A stretch of 33,077 bases of DNA from Candidatus Rokuibacteriota bacterium (GCA_046712525.1 JBKKCN010000450.1:1-33077); one strand, 5' to 3'; numbered from the stretch's first letter, positions 13,519 to 21,280 are shown. Numbers and translations: made by a program. Notes: generated from the letters alone by a model not told the origin.

Positions 13519-14281
13519 ACGAGAAACCTGTCGTCAGGAAGAACGTGGCCCGATCGCTGGGGCCCACGAACTCGGTGCCAACGCCGACATCGAACACGAG
13601 ACGGCGGGTCAACTGATGGCGAAAGCCTGCTTCCACCCCGACCACGTTCGACTCGCCCCTACGAGTGGCTTGCTCGATGAAGATGTCACCGATGAGCGTG
13701 GTGCGCGTGTACTGTGGAGCGCCGATGGGATAGCTGGCTCCAAGAACGAACTGATAGCGTCCGTCGCGCTCGCCGCGGTCAGTGCCCGTCAGGAATTCGT
13801 AGGCCGCGTTGAAGTGGAGCGACAGCCGATCGAAAGACTTGGTGACCAGCCCCTTCACCTCGACGTCGACCCCCGCTGAATCGACGCCGGTCGGGACATT
13901 GAGGGTCAGCTTGACGCCAAAGGCCGGCACCGTCAGCGTCTCCTGATTGAAATTGTAGAGGCCGCTCACCTGCAGGTCACCGGACTTTGTCTGGTCCTCT
14001 AACTCGTGCGGCGCCGTGGAGAGCGTGGTTCCGATACCGAGCTGCAGGTTTGGCAAGGCGCCGTAGAGAATCTCGACGGGGAACGTTCCCCGGTCGCTGC
14101 CACGTCGCTGTAGCGTGAATCCGCCGCCCGCCTCGAGAGTCCATTCGCCCGCCGCGATCGGATAGGGGTCCTCCAGGCGAAGGGGACGATTCTCGTCGAG
14201 GTTCTTGTGGTCGATGGCGGCGGCCGGGAGGACGGAACCGGCCAGAAGCGCAAGCACCACGGCGGTGGCTCTCACGGACAT
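13508..14281 (-). CDS. outer-membrane beta-barrel protein (possibly 'transporter'/MetA-pathway-like family)
   Basis: Track ORF trimmed to MSVRATAVVLALLAGSVLPAAA (ATG 14281), which is preceded by GAGGTG. It has alternating hydrophobic beta-strand patterns and a C-terminal ...TTGFSFGF ending in Phe (OMP beta-signal). Confidence 0.7.
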   Translation of the reverse strand: MSVRATAVVLALLAGSVLPAAAIDHKNLDENRPLRLEDPYPIAAGEWTLEAGGGFTLQRRGSDRGTFPVEILYGALPNLQLGIGTTLSTAPHELEDQTKSGDLQVSGLYNFNQETLTVPAFGVKLTLNVPTGVDSAGVDVEVKGLVTKSFDRLSLHFNAAYEFLTGTDRGERDGRYQFVLGASYPIGAPQYTRTTLIGDIFIEQATRRGESNVVGVEAGFRHQLTRRLVFDVGVGTEFVGPSDRATFFLTTGFSFGF

Positions 14282-14289
14282 GACACACC

Positions 14290-15951
14290 TCAATGCTTGT
14301 GCTCGTCAGGCGGTTTGGCTGGATCGCCCGGCGGCTGGCTGCGCGGAGACGGCCGGCCGTCCAACACATCCTTTGCCGACGGCGGTCGCGGTCCCATGTT
14401 CATCATGCCGGCGGCCATGCCCTGTCCCATGCCACCTTGGCCGCCCGACCCGTGGGCCATCGGCATTGCGTGATAGCTCACGTAGAGATCCTCAGCGCCG
14501 TGGTTGCGGTGCAGATAGATCGGCAGGATTCGGAGCACTGCCGCGCGCTTTGCTTCCACGGTCGGATAGAGATCGGGCCGGCTCAGGACGTCGTCGATGT
14601 TGTCATGCGCCATGTGGAGGTTGTCGAAGATGGCCGCCGCCTCCGGGAAGCGCTTCGTGAACTCCGGTGCGCCCTCCGGGAGCATCGGCATGAACTGCCA
14701 CTCGATGGGCGGCCGCCGGAGATAACCGTGATAGTGCTCGATGATCTTCGCCATCAGCTCGCGCTGACGTACGGCCGGGCCCATGAGCTGGACGTCGTAC
14801 GTCGCCGCTTGCAGCCAGTGGTAGGCCCAGATCTGCGTGTTGAACGTGCGGAACGTGTTGCGGAACGCCTTGGACTCGGGGAAGCTCCAGAGCTTGCCAT
14901 GATGGTCGAGCCGGTGCGAGGTGATGGCCTCGGGCTTCTCCAGGTAGTTGGCGAGGAGCTTCCGGTACACCGCCTCCTTGTCCGGGACCTTGTCGGCGGC
15001 GAACAGATCGTAGAGGCTGCGGTGGAAGGTGTGGCCCCAGTTGAACGCCCGGTGCGCTTCCCAGACCATGCGCGTGAAGCGGGGCGCCACCTGCTCTTCA
15101 TCCGGAGGCACCGACGGTGAGCTGAAGATGAAGTCGAGGATCTCGAGCCGCGCCGTCTCGACGCGCTGCAGGTCCTGCGTCCTGAGCAGCGTTTCGGCAA
15201 GATGCGCGTGCCCGAAGTCGATGCCGTTGAATTCGCGGTAAAGCTGAGGCAGCTCCCGCGGGATCGCCCAGTTCCAGCGGCCGCGTGGCTGCCAGCGATG
15301 ATCGCGCGTGACCCACTGGCTCGTCCGGACTTCGGGAAGGACGGTCACCTGCTGCGAAGCGCTGCCCGCCGCGTGTTGCTGGGCGACGTCATGGGCGCCC
15401 GTCGCGGGACCGCGCGGCTGCATTTCCGGGTGCTCGGCGAGGACGTGCGCTCCCGTGTGGCCGGACTGGGTGTGCTGGTAGGCAATGACGGCCCAGCGAT
15501 CTTCCACCGGGAGCTGATCCTTGAACGCCGGCATCACCGAGCCGCGCGCCAGGAACGGCTCGACGACCGCACCGCCCTCGCTGACCCGCCAGAACCAGTA
15601 CGCGTCGGTCATGCCCGCCACCATCCGCTTGTCCGTGAAGTCCGGCGGCTTCAGACGCATCCCCGTTGCGGCCGGTACGTGGCCGTCACCGCTGTCGCCG
15701 TGACAGGCGACACATTTCTCCGCGTAGATCTGCTTCCCGCGCGCGGTCATCCGTGTGTCGGTCCAGAGGCCGGGCGGCGGCTTGACGCCGACGTACTGGG
15801 CTGGCACTGGGATCGATCCATGCTCATGGTGGTCGCTGCCTTGTCGGGGGGTCTGGTGTTGAGCGGCAGCGCCGCGCGAGACAGAAGTCACCTCCGATGC
15901 GATTCCGCCGAGGATGAGGATCGCGAGCGCAATCCGAAGACGCGACTTCAT
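14290..15951 (-). CDS. secreted monoheme cytochrome c fused to a ~400-aa His-rich domain of unknown function and a Met/Gly-rich tail
   Basis: 553-aa track ORF with a signal peptide MKSRLRIALAILILGGIASEV and the heme motif CVACHGDSGDGH. Its cytochrome domain is paralogous to domain 1 of 16989..18242 (shared ...DAYWFWRVSEGG...VEDRWAVIAYQHT). It continues with FGHAHLAETLL, FNWGHTFH, WAYHWLQ, FDNLHMAHDNIDD and a tail HAMPMAHGSGGQGGMGQGMAAGMMNMG. Confidence 0.8.
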   Translation of the reverse strand: MKSRLRIALAILILGGIASEVTSVSRGAAAQHQTPRQGSDHHEHGSIPVPAQYVGVKPPPGLWTDTRMTARGKQIYAEKCVACHGDSGDGHVPAATGMRLKPPDFTDKRMVAGMTDAYWFWRVSEGGAVVEPFLARGSVMPAFKDQLPVEDRWAVIAYQHTQSGHTGAHVLAEHPEMQPRGPATGAHDVAQQHAAGSASQQVTVLPEVRTSQWVTRDHRWQPRGRWNWAIPRELPQLYREFNGIDFGHAHLAETLLRTQDLQRVETARLEILDFIFSSPSVPPDEEQVAPRFTRMVWEAHRAFNWGHTFHRSLYDLFAADKVPDKEAVYRKLLANYLEKPEAITSHRLDHHGKLWSFPESKAFRNTFRTFNTQIWAYHWLQAATYDVQLMGPAVRQRELMAKIIEHYHGYLRRPPIEWQFMPMLPEGAPEFTKRFPEAAAIFDNLHMAHDNIDDVLSRPDLYPTVEAKRAAVLRILPIYLHRNHGAEDLYVSYHAMPMAHGSGGQGGMGQGMAAGMMNMGPRPPSAKDVLDGRPSPRSQPPGDPAKPPDEHKH

Positions 15952-15956
15952 ACGGG

Positions 15957-16076
15957 CTACCGCAAAAGCTCCGCGACAACGACGGTGAGGAGAACATGTA
16001 CAGCGTGACGACTCATGGCGTGGTCCTTCCCGCCAGCCTTCAGGCCGCTTTCGTGAACGTCATGCCCGTGCGACAT
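15957..16076 (-). CDS. possible 39-aa His-rich micro-protein with hydrophobic C-terminus
   Basis: Below the track cut-off. Own translation MSHGHDVHESGLKAGGKDHAMSRHAVHVLLTVVVAELLR. AAGAGGA lies 7 nt upstream of the ATG. It fills the gap between two cytochrome genes, and its stop is 5 nt before ATG 15951. Confidence 0.35.
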   Translation of the reverse strand: MSHGHDVHESGLKAGGKDHAMSRHAVHVLLTVVVAELLR

Positions 16077-16088
16077 ATCCAGATCCTC

Positions 16089-16613
16089 TTAGTGGCCTTT
16101 ATGCTGTCCCGCAGCACCACCCGCCGGCGGCTTCAGCACTGTCAAGAACGCGACGAGGTCGATCAGCTCCTGAACGTTCAAGGAGTCATTGAAAGACGGC
16201 ATCTTGGAGGTGCCGTCGGTGGCTTGGTAGCCCTTGCCCTTCTCGATCACGGCATTGGGGTTGATGATCGCCTCTACGAAGTACTGCGCCTCGTGCAACG
16301 GCCCCATCGTCGACAGTTCCGGTCCGACCTTGCCCTTGTCGGACGGCGCCGGGAACTTCTCTCCCTTCACTTCGTGGCAGCTGTAGCACTCCAGCTTTGC
16401 GAAGACCTGCCTGCCCTTGGCGGCGTCACCTTTTGGCCAGGTGAGCTTCCAGCCCTCGGGCGTCCCGTGGTCGCCGTGCGGCTGAGGCCGCGCCGCGGGT
16501 GCTTGAGCGGGACGGCCGGGCTTGGCCGGCTGCTGCCCCGTGGCAGCGGCGACTGACGAGGCAAGCAACACGCCGGCGAGCGCGAGCGCCCGCCGGCGAA
16601 AGCCCGGCGTCAT
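16089..16613 (-). CDS. periplasmic monoheme c-type cytochrome
   Basis: 174-aa track ORF with a signal peptide MTPGFRRRALALAGVLLASSVAAA and the heme motif CYSCHEV. A distal Met candidate sits in GTSKMPSF. Confidence 0.8.
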   Translation of the reverse strand: MTPGFRRRALALAGVLLASSVAAATGQQPAKPGRPAQAPAARPQPHGDHGTPEGWKLTWPKGDAAKGRQVFAKLECYSCHEVKGEKFPAPSDKGKVGPELSTMGPLHEAQYFVEAIINPNAVIEKGKGYQATDGTSKMPSFNDSLNVQELIDLVAFLTVLKPPAGGAAGQHKGH

Positions 16614-16960
16614 CGTTCCATCACGACCTTCACCAGGTCGGCCACTTCCTTGTCGCCCTCGTGCTTAGTGGCGACGCTGACGATCCATCCCGGCTTCAGA
16701 TCGGTCAGCGCCACGGTCTGCTCCACGAAGCCCGTCTTGCCCGGCTCGGTGGACCGAGTGAACCGGACGACCTTGGCGCCCGGCTTGAGGTGGACGACGA
16801 CCTGACGTGTCTTTCCCTTGGCCGTGGCGTCGATCGTCACCGTCTGCGCCGCCGGGTCCACTGCCTTCACCGTCCCTGAGATCGGTGCTTCATCGGCGAC
16901 GGCGATGCCGCTCACGACGGTCGCCGCCAGGATCATGATCATTGTCATCGCACGAATCAC
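16610..16960 (-). CDS. small periplasmic beta-rich protein (116 aa), unknown function
   Basis: Track ORF 16610..17110, trimmed to GTG 16960 (V)IRAMTMIMILAATVVSGIAVA, which is preceded by GGAGGA at 6 nt. Its stop overlaps the next ATG (ATGA). Confidence 0.6.
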   Translation of the reverse strand: MIRAMTMIMILAATVVSGIAVADEAPISGTVKAVDPAAQTVTIDATAKGKTRQVVVHLKPGAKVVRFTRSTEPGKTGFVEQTVALTDLKPGWIVSVATKHEGDKEVADLVKVVMER

Positions 16961-16988
16961 GTTGAATCCTCCGTTTCTCAGAATCCCT

Positions 16989-18242
16989 CTATCGACCAGT
17001 CTCTGTCGTCCGCGGCCCGTTGCTCGACAGCGACAGCACGTAGAAAACAAGGTCCCATGTCTGGTCCGGCTCAAGCGAGTCGGCATAGGAGGGCATCGGC
17101 GTGCCAGCAAAACCCGTGACTAACGTCCGGTAGACGTCCTCCGGCCGATCGCCATTCTTGAACCGCCGGGGGTTCCTGAGGTCCGGGGCGGCAATCGGCA
17201 GCTCTCGGCTATCCTTCAGGGTCGGCGCTGAAGGCCCATCGCCCTTCCCCGTCGCGCCGTGGCAAGCCAGGCACTCGGCGTCGGCGTAGAGTTGCTTGCC
17301 CCGGGCGATTCGCTCGTCCGTCAGTTGGGGCCGGGGCGGAATCTCGACGACCTTCACCGGGCCCCGCTCCCAGAACTCTTTGTTCAGGCTCTTGACGTAC
17401 TCGAGGAGCTCCAGGCGCTGCTCTTCAGGCATGTGCCGAAAGCTCGGCATGATGCGGTAGCCGCGTAAGCCGATCGTGAGCGGGCCTCCGGTCGCCCGCA
17501 CTCCTTCCGTCAGCGTCCGGAAGAGGTCGGCGGTCGTCGGAAGCTGACCCGAGGGCGTCGACCGGAACTTGAAGTCCTTGGTCGTGAGGTCGCGCGGCTG
17601 TGGAGATCGGCGCGGCGACAGCGTCGCGCCCACGGAGCCATCGCCCTTGCCCGCCGCTCCGTGACAGGCGACGCACGCCATGGCGAAGATGTCGTGCCCC
17701 ACCGCGACGCTTTGCGGATGCTCCCAGGGGACATGCGGGCCGTCGTGCCCGGAGAATGTGTGCTGGTAGGCCATGACGGCCCACCGGTCTTCGACCGACA
17801 GCGAGTTCTTCCAGGGGGGCATCGCCGAACCCTTGGACTTGAAGGGCTCCGTCTGCCCGCCCTCGCTGATGCGCCAGAACCAGTAGTTGTCCCGCATCTC
17901 GGCGACACCGGCCTTGTCGCGGAAGTCCGACGGCTTCAGAGGCAGCGCCACGCCCGCCGGCCCTTTGCCGTCGCCGGTATCACCGTGACAGACGGCGCAA
18001 CTGGTGGTGTAGATCTCCTTACCGCGCGCGATCATCTTTGCGTCGGTCCAGACGCTGGCCGGCACGTGCGCGTCGGCATAGGGCAGCGGCGCCGGGACGT
18101 GCGCATGTCCGCCCTTGTCCTCCTCGTGGGGCTCGCCGTTGCCGGTAGGATCGGCTTCGATGACTGGCGGGTTGCCAACCCAGAACGACACCGTCAGCAT
18201 GACGGCCGTGATACCGAGGATCGACCAGTGCCTGGCTCTCAT
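16989..18242 (-). CDS. triheme c-type cytochrome
   Basis: 417-aa track ORF with an N-terminal signal/anchor (ILGITAVMLTVSFWV) and three heme motifs: CAVCH, CVACH and CLACH. Confidence 0.85.
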   Translation of the reverse strand: MRARHWSILGITAVMLTVSFWVGNPPVIEADPTGNGEPHEEDKGGHAHVPAPLPYADAHVPASVWTDAKMIARGKEIYTTSCAVCHGDTGDGKGPAGVALPLKPSDFRDKAGVAEMRDNYWFWRISEGGQTEPFKSKGSAMPPWKNSLSVEDRWAVMAYQHTFSGHDGPHVPWEHPQSVAVGHDIFAMACVACHGAAGKGDGSVGATLSPRRSPQPRDLTTKDFKFRSTPSGQLPTTADLFRTLTEGVRATGGPLTIGLRGYRIMPSFRHMPEEQRLELLEYVKSLNKEFWERGPVKVVEIPPRPQLTDERIARGKQLYADAECLACHGATGKGDGPSAPTLKDSRELPIAAPDLRNPRRFKNGDRPEDVYRTLVTGFAGTPMPSYADSLEPDQTWDLVFYVLSLSSNGPRTTETGR

Positions 18243-18254
18243 CCCGTTCTCTCC

Positions 18255-19694
18255 TCAGAAGTCCCAGTCAATGCCGACGATGACCTGATTGCGGTAGCTC
18301 CGCAGCGCGTTGTCCTCGTGAAACTTCCTGAGATTCACACTGTCCCGGACGAAGAAGGCGATGTTCTGCCACGGGTAGTACCGAACCTGGGCGGTGAACA
18401 CCGTGCCGTCGAGCTTCTCGTCCTTCAGGCCGCCCGCCCAGAGCTGGTCGAAGCGGCTGGAGACCAGCACCTTCTCGTGCACGAGGTAGTCGGCCTGCAG
18501 CGTCAGGCCCATGGCCGTGCGGTCGAACTCGCCGCGCAGGTCGCCCGGCAACCCGTAGATGCGGTCCCAGATGAGCGCGCCGTACACGTCGAGACCTTTC
18601 CAGCGTGCGTTCGCCGCGATTCCGTAACGTAGGCGGTCGAGGCGTTTGTCCCCGGCCTCCTCATGGTCCTCAGGGTTGGGGCCGCGCACGACGCCGAACC
18701 CCCAGTTGACCAGTGCCGAGACGTTGAACGTCAGCTCCCTGCGGTCGAGGATGTCGTAGCGCAGCATTGCGTACGTATTGAACCCCTCGTTCTCGCGGAG
18801 GAATCCGACCTGGGCAAGGATGACGTCGTTGAACATCGCGTGGAAGTCCGCACCGGGCGTCCCCGTCGTGTTGTACATGACCTGGTCGGTGACGAGCTGC
18901 GGTTCATGCTCTCGCCGATTCTTGAACAAGCCGAAGAACTTGGAGGCGAACGCATAGGGGACGATGGGGAGGCGATGGACCTCGGACTTGTCCTCGCCGG
19001 GCTCCTTCTCGAATTCGAGCTCGGTGTCCAGGATCAGCTGACGATTTGTGGCGTACGAGAAGTTCGTGCTCGGATCGACCTTCCCGGCCATGAGCATGGG
19101 GCCGTGCATGTAGTTTCCGCCGTGCCGGCCGACCATCGTCTGCCCGCCCATCTCCATGGTCGGAGCGCCGACGAGACCGAAGAGCCAGCCCAGATTGGCC
19201 ATGAAGAAGGCCTCTTTGCCGAGACCGAACTTGTGGCCTCGGTTGTAGAACCCGCGGTCGCGATCGAACTCGGTCGCGTTCGGCTCGTACTCGAACTCCA
19301 CGTAGAAGCTGAAGTTGGGCGTGATCGCTCGCGAGACGAAGAACTCGACCTCGTGCGGCGGCTCGAACTTCACCTCGGTCTCCCGCGGAGACTCGCTGTA
19401 TTCGAAGAATCCGCCGACGATACGGAGGGCAAGGCTGTCGATCGCCGTCTTTGCAGGCCCGTCTTCCTTGAGGCTGCCGACGAGGCCGTCCGGCCGGGAG
19501 GAGCCGGGGATCTGAAAGCCCATCATGTGAAACTGTTCGCCGAAGCGGTTCAGGCGAGGCGGCCGGGTGTGGCAAGCGTTGCATTGCATGTCGTATTGCC
19601 GGGCAAACGCAGGAATCGCATGCGAAGGACTGACCTGCACGTACCCGATCAGGACTCCGACAACGGCGATGCCGAAAAGAACGCGTAGGACCAT
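18255..19694 (-). CDS. fused monoheme cytochrome c - outer-membrane beta-barrel (Cyc2-like porin-cytochrome)
   Basis: 479-aa track ORF. A signal peptide MVLRVLFGIAVVGVLIGYVQVSPSHA is followed immediately by IPAFARQYDMQCNACHTRPPRLNRFGEQF (single CxxCH). The rest is ~430 aa of amphipathic beta-strand pattern ending ...VIVGIDWDF (terminal Phe). GAGGGAGAGGG lies upstream of the ATG. Confidence 0.7.
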   Translation of the reverse strand: MVLRVLFGIAVVGVLIGYVQVSPSHAIPAFARQYDMQCNACHTRPPRLNRFGEQFHMMGFQIPGSSRPDGLVGSLKEDGPAKTAIDSLALRIVGGFFEYSESPRETEVKFEPPHEVEFFVSRAITPNFSFYVEFEYEPNATEFDRDRGFYNRGHKFGLGKEAFFMANLGWLFGLVGAPTMEMGGQTMVGRHGGNYMHGPMLMAGKVDPSTNFSYATNRQLILDTELEFEKEPGEDKSEVHRLPIVPYAFASKFFGLFKNRREHEPQLVTDQVMYNTTGTPGADFHAMFNDVILAQVGFLRENEGFNTYAMLRYDILDRRELTFNVSALVNWGFGVVRGPNPEDHEEAGDKRLDRLRYGIAANARWKGLDVYGALIWDRIYGLPGDLRGEFDRTAMGLTLQADYLVHEKVLVSSRFDQLWAGGLKDEKLDGTVFTAQVRYYPWQNIAFFVRDSVNLRKFHEDNALRSYRNQVIVGIDWDF

Positions 19695-19769
19695 GCCCTC
19701 TCCCTCTCGTTGGCGACATAGACCGCTGCCTCGGACCGAAGGAAACGAGACCGGAAGGAGCGGGTCGGC

Positions 19770-20144
19770 TCAGATCAGGAAGGAGGCGTGCAACAAGAAC
19801 AGTGGGGCACCGGTATGGTCCCGGCTCGATCGAGCGGCGGCGGCCAGCGTGGCCATCGGGGTGGAGCACGGCACAAGCGACATGGGCTGCGCCGCGACCG
19901 CAATGGTGGCGGCCGGAGCCGGCACCGTCGGCGCTGTGGGGGCGGTCGTCGCATCGCACGATGCGACGTGCGAGGCTTCAGGACCGCTGCCTGACGGAGC
20001 ATGCGATTCGGTCGACGTGGTAAAGGGACTATGACCCGAGAACGGCAGCGGAACGATATGTCCGAGGAGACCCATGAGCGCGAGCACGAACACCATCGAG
20101 CGCAGCGGACCAAGGGGCATGAAGGATGTCGCTCTCGCGCTCAT
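19770..20144 (-). CDS. small membrane-anchored His/Cys protein (124 aa), paralog A
   Basis: Track ORF trimmed to MSARATS (ATG 20144), the point where similarity to paralog B begins. Shared blocks are LRSM, GHIVPLPFS.H.PF, TESH.PS, ASHVASCDATT, AAQP.SLVPC..PMA and PLFLLHASFLI (C-terminus). Confidence 0.6.
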   Translation of the reverse strand: MSARATSFMPLGPLRSMVFVLALMGLLGHIVPLPFSGHSPFTTSTESHAPSGSGPEASHVASCDATTAPTAPTVPAPAATIAVAAQPMSLVPCSTPMATLAAAARSSRDHTGAPLFLLHASFLI

Positions 20145-20150
20145 GCGGTG

Positions 20151-20180
20151 ACGATACACGCCGTAAATCGCCATTGTCAA
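20151..20180 (-). promoter_or_regulatory. sigma-70-like promoter candidate (TTGACA-18-TATCGT) 6 nt upstream of ATG 20144
   Basis: The minus strand reads TTGACAatggcgatttacggcgtgTATCGTcaccgcATG. There is no SD, and the geometry would give a leaderless mRNA. Confidence 0.3.
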
Positions 20181-20246
20181 TAAGACGTCGGGATTGCTGC
20201 GACCTCGCATACCTCGTAGCGGCCCGCGCACGCCATGAGCACCAAC

Positions 20247-21044
20247 TCACAGGACCCGCGACGTGTACATCCTCCACGCCCGGATGGGACCGGGACGGGT
20301 GGCGTACACGCGCGACGCCCAGAAGCCGCCGCGCGTCCTCCACATGCCGCCGCGGGCGCGCTGGAACAGCATGACGCTCGGCTCGGAGGGATCGTTGGGG
20401 TCCCACATCGTGAACTCGATGCCCTCGGGCGTGTCGCGGTACGCGTAGGCGATCGTAGTGTGGTTCAGCTCCGGCTTCGGCCAGTTCGAGATCAGCAGCT
20501 GCACGAGGCGGCCCTCGCGAATCTCGTGCGCGATCTCGCTCGCGACCTGTTCCTGATGACCGTCGGGCAGCGGCGCCCCTACCCGCCAGTTGGTCCAGTG
20601 GATGAACGACCAGAAGCGCGCGGTCATCCCGCCCAGCCCCACCTTGACGGCCTTCTCCTCGCCTGCCGTGAACTCGCGCAAGGAGCCGTAGCCGGGGATG
20701 ACGACGCGCTGCTCGGCCGGCAGCGCCGGATCGTACGGGCGGCGGGCGGCGACCTCCTCCACCCGCTTGACGTACTCGTCGAAGGTGAGGCGCGGCGCGA
20801 GGGGGTCGAAGCGCGCGAACTGGTGGAACTGCCGCACGGCGCGCGCGAGCACGAAGCAATAGTTGGCGTAGTCGGCATTCGGCGTTCGCACACGGATCTG
20901 ATTCGGGAACGTAAACGTGTCCGTGCTGAACGAGAAGTCGGTGACGGCGGCGGCCGTGTCGAGGACGTCGGGGGACGGGAGCAGGGGAGCGGTGGCGCAC
21001 GCCACGGTCAGCAGCGCGACGCCGACAAGGATCAGACCCTTCAC
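20247..21044 (-). CDS. lipoprotein of unknown function with a Cys...His...Asp arrangement (possible papain/transglutaminase-like hydrolase)
   Basis: 265-aa track ORF with a GTG start and a lipobox MKGLILVGVALLTVAC. Candidate triad contexts are ANYCFVLARAV, ELNHTTIAYAY and TMWDPNDP. Confidence 0.65.
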   Translation of the reverse strand: MKGLILVGVALLTVACATAPLLPSPDVLDTAAAVTDFSFSTDTFTFPNQIRVRTPNADYANYCFVLARAVRQFHQFARFDPLAPRLTFDEYVKRVEEVAARRPYDPALPAEQRVVIPGYGSLREFTAGEEKAVKVGLGGMTARFWSFIHWTNWRVGAPLPDGHQEQVASEIAHEIREGRLVQLLISNWPKPELNHTTIAYAYRDTPEGIEFTMWDPNDPSEPSVMLFQRARGGMWRTRGGFWASRVYATRPGPIRAWRMYTSRVL

Positions 21045-21280
21045 ATCGTTACCCTAAAGGGCGCCTTTGCTATCGTCAAGGCCTGCGCACATGGACGTCG
21101 CGTTTGACAGTTGCCCGCACTGGACGTAGAGTCCGAAAACCTTGAGCCGCTTGCTGTCCATCCTGAGCCACGCGGAAAGGCACTGTCCCTTCTGGATCGG
21201 CGGCGTGCTCGCGGCTCTGGCGATACTCACCCAGAACCTTCCGGTCAACCATCATCACCTCCAGCGAGGACTCCACGCTA

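Larger units (their letters stand above)
19696..20180. repeat. copy A of a diverged ~480-bp direct repeat (partner 21281..21758)
   Basis: The repeat runs from ccctctccctctcgttggcgacatag (19696..19721, identical to 21281..21306), through the small-protein CDS, to ...ctcatgcgg.gac..tacacgccgta.at..tgtcaa upstream of it. Confidence 0.8.

Noticed and set aside
11028-19688. Long plus-strand ORFs (11028..12539, 14293..15120, 15202..16008, 17661..18632, 18663..19688)
   Set aside because: All of them overlap minus-strand genes that have clear protease, cytochrome or porin motifs and SD/coupling signals. The plus-strand translations are Arg/Asp/Gly/His-rich with no motifs.
21054-21276. ORFs of 64 and 66 codons in the gap downstream of paralog B
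   Set aside because: They use non-ATG starts, have no motifs and do not look like proteins. I treat them as non-coding or relic sequence (see the finding on 21045..21280).
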